From Alphaproteobacteria bacterium (GTDB lineage Bacteria > Pseudomonadota > Alphaproteobacteria > JAAXGF01): DNA of 64,000 nt. Position numbers and translations under genes: made by a program. The notes under the pieces were generated by a model, which searched no databases, had not been told where the DNA came from, and saw nothing but the letters and a program-made list of their open reading frames with translations. Every line of letters starts with the position of its first letter. Position 1 is the stretch's first letter. Location of the stretch: NCBI GenBank assembly GCA_963555825.3, contig CAUVXB020000002.1, positions 1,920,001-1,984,000 of the forward strand, given 5' to 3'. Shown one piece after another: positions 1-7,988 of the stretch.

Positions 1-560
1 AGGTCGCGGCGCTGTTCGACGCCATCGCCGACAGCCACGGCCTGCCCGATCTCCTGGTCAACAACGCCGGCGGCCAGTTCGCCGCCGACGCGCTCGACAT
101 CTCGGCCAACGGCTTCCGCGCCGTCGTCGACCTCAACCTCAACGGCACCTGGCATATGAGCTCGGCCTTCGCGCGGCGCGCCGTCGAGGCCGGCCGGGCC
201 GGGCGCATCGTCAATATCGTGCTGGTCACCGCCGGTCCCAAGCCGGGCAACGCGCATGGCGCCGCGGCACGCGCCGGCATCATCCACCTGACCAAGACGC
301 TGGCCTTCGAATGGGCGCGCCACGGCATTCTGGTCAACGCCATCGCACCGGGTACGATCGAGACCGAGGGGCTCGACCAGTACAACCCGGCAGACATCGA
401 CGCCGCGATCCGGCGCCTGCCGATCAAGCGTTTCGGCCGGCCGCGCGAGGTCGCGCTGATGGTCGCGTACCTGGCCTCGCCGGCCGGTGATTTCATCACC
501 GGCGCAATGTTCGACGTCGACGGCGGCGCACACCTTGTCGGTCCGGCGCGCGAGGCATGA
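1..560 (+). CDS. SDR family oxidoreductase (trans-2-enoyl-CoA reductase/AtuB-like), 5' end outside window
   Basis: Frame is open from base 3. Motifs LVNNAGGQF, VNAIAPG, P..RFG.P.EVA and FITG..F.VDGG. Confidence 0.85.
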   Translation, partial: VAALFDAIADSHGLPDLLVNNAGGQFAADALDISANGFRAVVDLNLNGTWHMSSAFARRAVEAGRAGRIVNIVLVTAGPKPGNAHGAAARAGIIHLTKTLAFEWARHGILVNAIAPGTIETEGLDQYNPADIDAAIRRLPIKRFGRPREVALMVAYLASPAGDFITGAMFDVDGGAHLVGPAREA

Positions 561-1261
561 GCGTAGCGATCGAGGCCGTGCTGTTCGACAAGGACGGCAC
601 GCTGGTCGATTTCGAGAAGACCTGGACGCCGGCCTATCGGGCGGCCGCCGAGGAACTGGCGAGCGCGGCCGGCGCGCCCGGCCTCGGCGATCGCCTGCTG
701 GCGCGCGCCGGTTACGACGGCGACACGCTCGATCCCGATTCGCTGCTCGTCTCGGGCACCAACGCGGAAATCGCGGCGCTGTGGTCGACCGAGCCCGAGC
801 TCGCCGGCGTGGCCGGCGTCGCGGCACGCATCGACCGCGTCTTCAACGAACACGCGGCGCGCGCGCCGGCGGCGATCGACGACTTGGGCGGATTGCTGGC
901 GCGCTTGCGCGGCCGCGGCCTCAAGCTCGGCATCGCGACCAACGATTCGACCGCCGCGGTGAGCGCATGGGTCGCAGCAGCTGGTTTCGGGTCAACGTTC
1001 GATTTCGTCACCGGCGCCGACGCCGGCTACGGCGGCAAGCCCGAACCGGGCATGGTGCACGCGTTCTGCTACGCGGTCGGCGTCGCGCCGGGCGCGGTGG
1101 CGCTGGTCGGCGATTCGGTGCACGACATGCGGACCGCGCGCGCCGCCGGCTGCGGCCTCGCAGTCGCCGTGCTGACCGGCGTCGCGGGGCACGATTGGCT
1201 GGCGCCCCACGCCGACGTCGTCATCGCCTCGATCGCCGAGCTCGAGGAGGTACTCGGCTGA
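557..1261 (+). CDS. HAD family hydrolase (phosphoglycolate phosphatase-like)
   Basis: Motifs LFDKDGTL, IATND, GKPEP and VGDSVHD. ATGA overlap with the SDR gene. Confidence 0.9.
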   Translation: MSVAIEAVLFDKDGTLVDFEKTWTPAYRAAAEELASAAGAPGLGDRLLARAGYDGDTLDPDSLLVSGTNAEIAALWSTEPELAGVAGVAARIDRVFNEHAARAPAAIDDLGGLLARLRGRGLKLGIATNDSTAAVSAWVAAAGFGSTFDFVTGADAGYGGKPEPGMVHAFCYAVGVAPGAVALVGDSVHDMRTARAAGCGLAVAVLTGVAGHDWLAPHADVVIASIAELEEVLG

Positions 1262-1282
1262 TCCATGGTATGACGCCCCACG

Positions 1283-1329
1283 CGACCTCCATGTCCAGCC
1301 CGCGATCGACATCCATGTCCAGCCCGCGA
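1283..1329. repeat. Two-copy tandem repeat, period 24 bp
   Basis: cgac(c/a)tccatgtccagcccgcga at 1283-1305 and 1307-1329. Confidence 0.8.
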
Positions 1330-1358
1330 CGATGACACCGGCGTCGATGCGGTATAAA

Positions 1359-1378
1359 TTTAGTAAATTTTTACTAAA
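1359..1378. promoter_or_regulatory. AT-rich palindrome, possible operator or binding site
   Basis: TTTAGTAAA-tt-TTTACTAAA inside a short AT-rich patch. Confidence 0.4.
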
Positions 1379-1494
1379 AATATTGAAAAATGAGAATCAA
1401 ACGACTCCGGGGATCAGACGTCTCCGTCGAAGGGTCCGTGGTTGTTTTGCTGGCGGCCTGGAATGGGCGCCGGGATCGGGCGCGAGCGCGTGGC

Positions 1495-1920
1495 CTAGAA
1501 GACGCCGAGGCTCCAGGCGGCAGCCTCGAGGCCGCCGGCGAACAGCGCGGTGGCGCCGACCGCGGCGAGGCCGTATTGGCACCAGATGTCGAGGTCGTCC
1601 CACAGCCGCATCGGGCCATAGCCCTTGACCAGCGGCCGTCTCGGCGCCGGCGGCGCGCCGTAGCGCGTCGTCGTGACGGCGATGCCGCGGGCGTGCGCGC
1701 GGCGCCAGGCGGCGTTCATCAGCGCCGGCTGGTCGTCCCTGAACTTACGCTGCAGGCGGCGGACGACGCTGGGGTCGGGGCCCGCGACGCGCCGGATCGC
1801 GGCGGTCTTGCTCGATTTCTCGCCCGAGACGAGCAGATCGGCGATGCGCGCGAGCGTCGCCGCATCGTCGAGGCAACTGCCCACGGGCCGGCCGCGCGGT
1901 CGTTTGTCTTGCTCTACCAT
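1495..1920 (-). CDS. Hypothetical protein with N-terminal AT-hook-like RPRGRP, possible HTH and C-terminal hydrophobic segment
   Basis: SD-like GGGGAG upstream of the ATG. Protein-like composition. Confidence 0.55.
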   Translation of the reverse strand: MVEQDKRPRGRPVGSCLDDAATLARIADLLVSGEKSSKTAAIRRVAGPDPSVVRRLQRKFRDDQPALMNAAWRRAHARGIAVTTTRYGAPPAPRRPLVKGYGPMRLWDDLDIWCQYGLAAVGATALFAGGLEAAAWSLGVF

Positions 1921-2066
1921 GTACCGTACTCCCCTTGATGAGCGCGAGGTTACGTTACGGATGGCATGAAGATACGCCGCCGCAAGCGGAAGTGAAGCGA
2001 TTTAAAATCGCCGCCGGTTTCGCTCCGGCGACAATAATCCGCGGGCGGCCGCCTCGCCGCTACCGG

Positions 2067-2321
2067 TCACTGGATGCCGAGCATCTCCTTGGCCTTGGCC
2101 AGCGTCTTGACCGATTTGCTGTGCTTGCCCGATTTGTGCTGCTTCTCACCCTTTTCGCGCAGCGCCGCGACCTCGTCCTTCTTGTCCTGGCTGAGCGTCA
2201 TGTCGGCGCCGCTGGCGAGCGCGACGTCGATACTCTTCATGTCGACCGGGCACTGCCCGGCGAGTGCCGGCGCGGCGAACAGCATCAGCGCGGCGGCGGC
2301 GGTCAGCGTCGTGAGTCTCAT
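2067..2321 (-). CDS. Small secreted helical protein (CPxxM...HxxGxH)
   Basis: Signal peptide ending PALA. GGAGG SD. Confidence 0.8.
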   Translation of the reverse strand: MRLTTLTAAAALMLFAAPALAGQCPVDMKSIDVALASGADMTLSQDKKDEVAALREKGEKQHKSGKHSKSVKTLAKAKEMLGIQ

Positions 2322-2372
2322 AGTCTTTTCCTCCCGAAGATTGTCAGCGATACAGCATAGGCCGCCGCGACC

Positions 2373-3008
2373 TCAAAGCAAATAGCGGCGGATCGTTGCC
2401 GCCATGGTCGCGGCGTCCAGGATCGGCGGCAGCAGCGTCAGGAACGCGCCGCCGGGGCCCATCAGGTAGACGTAAGTGCCGTGGCTCATGATGATGCGGC
2501 CGTCGGCGGCGCGCGCGATCGGCTGCGCCCGGACGCGGTAGGCCTTGGCCACGCGGTCGAGCTGATCGATGCTGCCGGTCAGCCCGATCAGCCGCGGATG
2601 GACCGCCGCGACGTAGGTCGCAATCGCCGCCGGCGTATCGTTCTCGGGATCGACGGTGATGAACAGCGGCTGTACCCGCGCGCCCGCCGCGCCGAGCCGG
2701 TCGAGCGCCTCGGCCATGCGCTGGAGCCCGACCGGACAAATGCCGTCGCACGACGTATAGCCGAAGAAGACCAGCATATAGCCGTCGCCGAAGTCGGCGT
2801 CTGTGCGCGGCGTTCCGGTGTGATCGACGAGCGCGAACGGGCCGCCGATCTCGAAGGGAAACGGCGTGTCGTCCTCGGTCGTCGTCGGCGCCACGGTCGC
2901 GCCTTGGCGTTCGGCGCCATGCGCCCAGACGCCGCCGGCGAACCCGAGAGCGAGCGCGGTCGTCAGCGCGGCGCGCGCGGTCAGTCGAAGGCGGCGCAAC
3001 GCGCGCAT
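2373..3008 (-). CDS. SCO1/SenC family copper chaperone
   Basis: FFGYTSCDGICP (CxxxC), ITVDPEND and a conserved His. Start ATG at 3008 overlaps the upstream stop. Confidence 0.9.
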   Translation of the reverse strand: MRALRRLRLTARAALTTALALGFAGGVWAHGAERQGATVAPTTTEDDTPFPFEIGGPFALVDHTGTPRTDADFGDGYMLVFFGYTSCDGICPVGLQRMAEALDRLGAAGARVQPLFITVDPENDTPAAIATYVAAVHPRLIGLTGSIDQLDRVAKAYRVRAQPIARAADGRIIMSHGTYVYLMGPGGAFLTLLPPILDAATMAATIRRYLL

Positions 3009-3550
3009 CACTCCGCGAGGAACTTCTTGTCGGCCTCGAGGCCGAGGCCCAGGATGCCGTCGCGCGCGAGCCGCGCCTTGACCTCGGGGTCGTTGCGGAA
3101 CCACTGCTTGGCCTGTTTGCTGTCCGCCGCGACGCCGTTGGCCTCGGCCCATTTGGGCGTGAAGCGGTTGGCGCGGCGCCACTTGCCGTCGGGCGCCTCG
3201 CGGACGAACTGCAGCGCGAAGATGGTCAGCCCGCGGTTGGTCGTGAGCAGCCCGTCGGCGGTAACGCGCTTGCCGCAGAAATCGGCCAGCTCGGCGGTCG
3301 CGCCGGCGAAGGCGACGAAGTTCTTGAAGACGGGCAAGAGCTTGCCGTCGTCGGTCACCAGGCCAAGCTGGCGCGCACCGCCGCCGCAGTCGGCCGGGCA
3401 ATCGCCGGTCAGTTCGCACAACAGGTCGACGACCGTGGCGTCGAAGCGCGTCGTCTGCTCTTCGATCAGGCCCCATGACTCGGCCGCCAGCGCCAGGGCC
3501 GGCGCCAGCAGCAACGATGCCGCGAGGGCGGCGCGGACGATGCGTTTCAT
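3008..3550 (-). CDS. Secreted Cys-containing hypothetical protein
   Basis: Signal peptide. VVDLLCELTGDCPADCG motif. Confidence 0.75.
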   Translation of the reverse strand: MKRIVRAALAASLLLAPALALAAESWGLIEEQTTRFDATVVDLLCELTGDCPADCGGGARQLGLVTDDGKLLPVFKNFVAFAGATAELADFCGKRVTADGLLTTNRGLTIFALQFVREAPDGKWRRANRFTPKWAEANGVAADSKQAKQWFRNDPEVKARLARDGILGLGLEADKKFLAE

Positions 3551-3554
3551 GGCG

Positions 3555-3992
3555 CTACTTCCCGAACGGCTGGATGCCGTAGTCTTCATGGGTCTGGTTG
3601 ACGATGCCCTCGTCGGTGATGACGCGGTCGACGAGCAGGTATCTCATGCCGTCGCGCAGATAGAGATCGCCGTCGACGCGGACCCTATGCGACTGGATAT
3701 CGAGCACCTTCGGATTGGCCACGCTGGTCGTGTCGTCGCCCAACTTGAGCACCAGGTAGACCTCGCCGTCGTCGCCCAGGATGCCGACCGGGATGCCGCC
3801 GGCCGCGCACCACAGCGCGCATTGGTGATGCGCCGTCCCCTCGGGGTACATGATCTCGGAGATGTAGCACCAGGAATCGATGACCTCGCCGGTCACCTCG
3901 ACGCGTTGCGGCGCCGCAGCCTGGGCCACCGTCGTCCACAGGGCCGCGGCCGCCGCGACCATCGTGGCCGTCGCCCACGCGTGTCTCTTCAT
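3555..3992 (-). CDS. Secreted Cys/His-rich hypothetical protein
   Basis: Signal peptide. GEVIDSWCY...HHQCALWCAAGGIPVGIL. GGAGG SD. Confidence 0.75.
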   Translation of the reverse strand: MKRHAWATATMVAAAAALWTTVAQAAAPQRVEVTGEVIDSWCYISEIMYPEGTAHHQCALWCAAGGIPVGILGDDGEVYLVLKLGDDTTSVANPKVLDIQSHRVRVDGDLYLRDGMRYLLVDRVITDEGIVNQTHEDYGIQPFGK

Positions 3993-4195
3993 GAACCGTC
4001 CTCCCACAGATGCACCCCGATTCGGATGCGAACGCTTCTCGATGGGCCCGAGTCATACCACCATTCGCGGCGGCTCTTGAAGTGGCTCGCGCAAACGTGA
4101 CATCGCGGCGCCAAATGTGAAATCGCGGTTGCAATCGTCGGAGCCGCTTGGGAACATGCCCGCCTTATCGCGCCGTCAGTCAGGGAGGGACTACC

Positions 4196-5308
4196 ATGGA
4201 CGTTCGCGCCGCCGTCGCGCACAAGGCCGGAGAGCCGCTCAGCATCGAAACCGTCCAGCTCGACGGGCCGAAGGCCGGCGAGGTGCTGGTCGAGGTCAAG
4301 GCCACCGGCATCTGCCACACCGACGCGTTCACACTGTCGGGCGGCGACCCGGAAGGCCTGTTCCCTTCGATCCTGGGCCACGAGGGCGCCGGCGTCGTCG
4401 TCGAAATCGGGCCCGAGGTGTCGAGCGTCAAGCCGGGCGATCACGTCATTCCGCTCTATACGCCCGAGTGCCGGCAGTGCGAATACTGCGTGTCGGGCCG
4501 GACCAACCTGTGCCAGGCGATCCGCGTCACGCAGGGCCAGGGCGTCATGCCCGACGGCACCAGCCGCTTCTCGCTCGGCGGCGAAAAGCTATACCACTAC
4601 ATGGGCACCTCGACTTTCGCCAACTACACGGTGCTGCCCGAGATCGCGCTCGCCAAGATCCGCGAGGACGCGCCGTTCGACAAGGTCTGCTACATCGGCT
4701 GTGGCGTGACCACCGGCCTCGGCGCGGTGATCAACACGGCCAAGGTCGCGCCTGGCGACAATGTCGTGATCTTCGGCCTCGGCGGTATCGGCCTGAACGT
4801 CGTCCAGGGCGCGCGGCTGGTTGGCGCCGACATGATCGTCGGCGTCGATCTCAATCCCAAGCGCCAGGCGTTGGCCGAGACGTTCGGCATGACCCACTTC
4901 GTCAACCCGACCGAGGTCGAGGACGATCTGGTGGCTCATCTGGTCGAGCTGACGGGCGGCGGCGCCGACCATTCCTTCGAGTGCATCGGCAACGTCGACG
5001 TCATGCGTCAGGCGCTCGAATGTTGCCACAAGGGCTGGGGCGAGAGCACCATCATCGGCGTCGCCGGCGCCGGCCAGGAGATCGCGACCAGGCCCTTCCA
5101 GCTGGTCACCGGCCGGGTCTGGCGCGGCACCGCGTTCGGCGGCGCCAAGGGACGCACCGACGTGCCGCGCATCGTCGATTGGTACATGGACGGCAAGATC
5201 AACATCGACGACCTGATCACCCACACCATGCCCTTGGACGACATAAACGACGCCTTCGACCTGATGCACGCCGGCGAATCGATCAGGAGCGTGGTATTGT
5301 ACGACTGA
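4196..5308 (+). CDS. frmA: S-(hydroxymethyl)glutathione dehydrogenase / class III alcohol dehydrogenase
   Basis: Motifs GICHTD, GHEGAG, CRQCEYC...NLC and [26 protein letters not shown]. Confidence 0.97.
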   Translation: MDVRAAVAHKAGEPLSIETVQLDGPKAGEVLVEVKATGICHTDAFTLSGGDPEGLFPSILGHEGAGVVVEIGPEVSSVKPGDHVIPLYTPECRQCEYCVSGRTNLCQAIRVTQGQGVMPDGTSRFSLGGEKLYHYMGTSTFANYTVLPEIALAKIREDAPFDKVCYIGCGVTTGLGAVINTAKVAPGDNVVIFGLGGIGLNVVQGARLVGADMIVGVDLNPKRQALAETFGMTHFVNPTEVEDDLVAHLVELTGGGADHSFECIGNVDVMRQALECCHKGWGESTIIGVAGAGQEIATRPFQLVTGRVWRGTAFGGAKGRTDVPRIVDWYMDGKINIDDLITHTMPLDDINDAFDLMHAGESIRSVVLYD

Positions 5309-5900
5309 ACCTTGACGGTTAATTTGATCCAATGAACTAGCGAGGAGGAGGGGATGGCTCATAAGTACGCTGGAGGATGCGACCACATACACACCCACTC
5401 GGACAACGATCCGATCGACAATCACACCTGCCACTGCTCTGTCTGTAAGCGTGTCACCGGTCAGGATACGACCCACGTCGTATTCTTCAATCACGGCGAT
5501 TTGGTGGTCGATAACGCTGACAGCTTGAACCGCCAACCCTTCAACGATCAAAACCCGAATGGGCCATTGGAGCTGTGCACTTGTGCAAGCTGCGGCACGC
5601 CAATCATGCTCGATGACAAAGAGGGGCGAATTCGGGCGATCGTGCCAAACCTTATGGGTTACGACCCAAACAGCCTGCCGGCGACCTATCATGCCTTTTA
5701 TGATCCGGCCAGTGGTGCCCCGGCGCCGAATGACGGCCGTCCTGTCCATGAAGGGTTGCGACCTGAATTTGTCTGGCCAGAGTCAGCATAAAGAGCGCTT
5801 CTCTGATGGAAACACTCCAACCGCCCCGCACCGGCATACTGGTGTGGGACGGTTTCTTCGCCTGGACCTATCACGCTGGCGAATCGATCAGGAGCGTGGT
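5267..5900 (+). repeat. 29-bp direct repeat of the frmA 3' end flanking the GFA-like gene
   Basis: cacgc(c/t)ggcgaatcgatcaggagcgtggt at 5267-5295 and 5872-5900. Confidence 0.9.
5354..5791 (+). CDS. GFA/CENP-V family Zn protein (glutathione-dependent formaldehyde-activating enzyme-like)
   Basis: CHCSVCKR and CASCGTP motifs. Strong GAGGAGG SD. Lower GC than neighbours. Confidence 0.8.
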   Translation: MAHKYAGGCDHIHTHSDNDPIDNHTCHCSVCKRVTGQDTTHVVFFNHGDLVVDNADSLNRQPFNDQNPNGPLELCTCASCGTPIMLDDKEGRIRAIVPNLMGYDPNSLPATYHAFYDPASGAPAPNDGRPVHEGLRPEFVWPESA

Positions 5901-5921
5901 GATCTACTAACCCAGGGCGCC

Positions 5922-6620
5922 GTGGACCTCGAACTCGTCAGCTTCAAGCTCTGCCCGTTCGTCCAGCGCTCGGTCATCACGCTGAAGCGCAAGGCCGCGC
6001 CGTATTCGATCCGCTACGTCGACCTGGCCGACCCGCCCGACTGGTTCCTCGCCCTGTCGCCGGCCAGGAAGGTGCCGCTGCTCGTCGTCGACGGCACGGA
6101 CGTGGTGTTCGAGTCCGCCGTCATCAACGAGTTCGTCGACGAGGTGACGCCGGGTTGACTGCATCCCGAGGACCCGCTCGCCCGCGCGCTGAACCGAAGC
6201 TGGATCGAGTTCGGCGCGGGCGCGCTCACCGAGACGCTCCACATGACCACGGCCGAGGACGCCAACGGCTTCGCCGCGGTGGTTGCGCGCTTTAACGCCA
6301 CGCTGGCCGCGGTCGAGACGGCGTTCGGCGACGGCCCGTTCTTCAACGGCGCGGATTTCTCGCTGGTCGACGCGGCCTATGCGCCGATCTTCATGCGCGC
6401 GCACTACATCGGCCGCCACGCGTCCGTGCTCGACGCCGCCGCGCTGCCCAAGCTCGCCGCCTGGGGCGCGCGTCTGCTCGCGCTCGACGCGGTGGCGCGA
6501 TCGGTGGTGCCCGACTTCGCCGTGCTCTACGACGACCTCATCCGCCGCCGCCATGGCTACCTGGCGACACTACTGCCCGGCCGCGACGCGCTCGATCCCG
6601 CCGGGATGAGCCGCTATTGA
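5922..6620 (+). pseudogene. Glutathione S-transferase with an in-frame TGA at 6156-6158
   Basis: SFKLCPFVQR, KVPLL and VFESAVINE, then PG*LHPEDP continuing in frame to FSLVDAAYAP. Confidence 0.85.
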
Positions 6621-7106
6621 CCCTTTTGCGCGGCCAGCCGGTCGGCGATCAGCGAGAGCTGTTCGTGCATGATCACCATGCCGTTGAGCGAGGTGATGTT
6701 GTTCGGGTTGTCCTTGGTCGGCACGATGCACACGACGTCGCCGCCGATCACCTCGAGGCCGCGCAGCCCGTCGAGGATGGCGAGCACTTCTTCCATGATG
6801 AAGCCGGTGCCGTCGGGCTGGATGTTGGCCGCCGCCGGCGCCACGGTCGGGTCGAGGGCGTCCATGTCGAAGGTGATGTAGACCGGCGCGTCGCCGACCT
6901 GCTCGCGGATTATCTCGATCGTCCGCTCGACGCCGAGGGTCCGGTATTCCTGCATCTCGATGACGCGGTAGCCGATGTCATAGCTGGCGTCGCGGTAATC
7001 GAGCGAGGCGGTATTGCCGCGGATGCCGATCTGCACGCTGCGCGTCGGTAAGCGTTCGTTCAGGCCGTGGAATCAGCGCGGGCGTTTCCATTCGCCCCGG
7101 CCGATT

Positions 7107-7988
7107 TTAGCGATTGAGGGTGCGTTTCCAATCCCGTCGCAGGGGCCGGAGCCAGACATCCTTTTTAGGCTTGTCGGACTGCCTGTCCCGGTCGTAGCGC
7201 CCGCGCCCCTGGGTGGTCCCGACGCGGGTCCAGCCGGAGGCCCTGTAAACGGCGCCGGTGTAGCGCGGGGTCTCGACGAAGGTCTCGATGAGCACGGGCG
7301 TGGTGTTGTAGCGCTCGGTCCAGTCATCGGGCAGGCGCCGGCGGATGATGGCCAGGATGTGCGAACCCAGGTTGGGGATATTGATCCAGGGCAGGATCAG
7401 GAATCTCGGGTTGTCGACCACGAAGGGAAGGTTCTTCTCGCGCAGTTGCCGTGTCCATCCGATGAAGTTGTCGCGCGGGGCGAGCTTCCACGCGGCGGTG
7501 GAGAAGCCGAGCATGGCGAGCGGCCAGCCGTCGCGGTCGTGGACGGCGTAGCGCATCTGGGCGCCGACCAGGGTCTTGTATCCGAGATAGTGGTAGCGGG
7601 CGACGAACTCGTTCCAGAGCTTGCTCTCCCGGGTGCCGCGCACGACGGGGCGCAGGTCGAGCGGACGGACCTCGTCGAGGGTCGTCGGGGCCGGGAACAG
7701 CGGCGCTTCGGTGTCCGGCCCGAAGACGATCGGCCCGGGCCGGTTCTGCCGTCCCTGCGGCGCCGGCAGGGCGATCAGGCCGTCCCTGTGCATGGCCAGC
7801 ATGGCGACCCTGGCCATCATGTCCTTGAGGCCGCCGTCGGGCTTGAACCAGCCGATGCGCCGGCAGAACTCCTTCGACAGCATATGGCGGTTCAACGGCG
7901 GCGGCCCGGCGATCAGCGCGCGCAGCAGCGCCATTTCCCCGGCGGTGAAGTCGCGGCCGTAATAACGGCACTCGATCGCGCCGGTCAC
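7107..7988 (-). CDS. DUF4338 / DruA-like domain protein (293 aa)
   Basis: Motifs LWNEFVARYHYLGY, RDNFIGW, RFLILPW, PVLIETFVE and GAVYRASGWTRVGTTQGRGRYD. GTGA overlap with the tnpC stop. Confidence 0.85.
   Translation of the reverse strand: MTGAIECRYYGRDFTAGEMALLRALIAGPPPLNRHMLSKEFCRRIGWFKPDGGLKDMMARVAMLAMHRDGLIALPAPQGRQNRPGPIVFGPDTEAPLFPAPTTLDEVRPLDLRPVVRGTRESKLWNEFVARYHYLGYKTLVGAQMRYAVHDRDGWPLAMLGFSTAAWKLAPRDNFIGWTRQLREKNLPFVVDNPRFLILPWINIPNLGSHILAIIRRRLPDDWTERYNTTPVLIETFVETPRYTGAVYRASGWTRVGTTQGRGRYDRDRQSDKPKKDVWLRPLRRDWKRTLNR

Noticed and set aside
1283-1329. Possible CRISPR array
   Set aside because: Only two adjacent copies, no spacers and no cas genes.
7107-7988. Complete Druantia defence system
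   Set aside because: No druE helicase or other dru genes. The gene lies inside IS ends.
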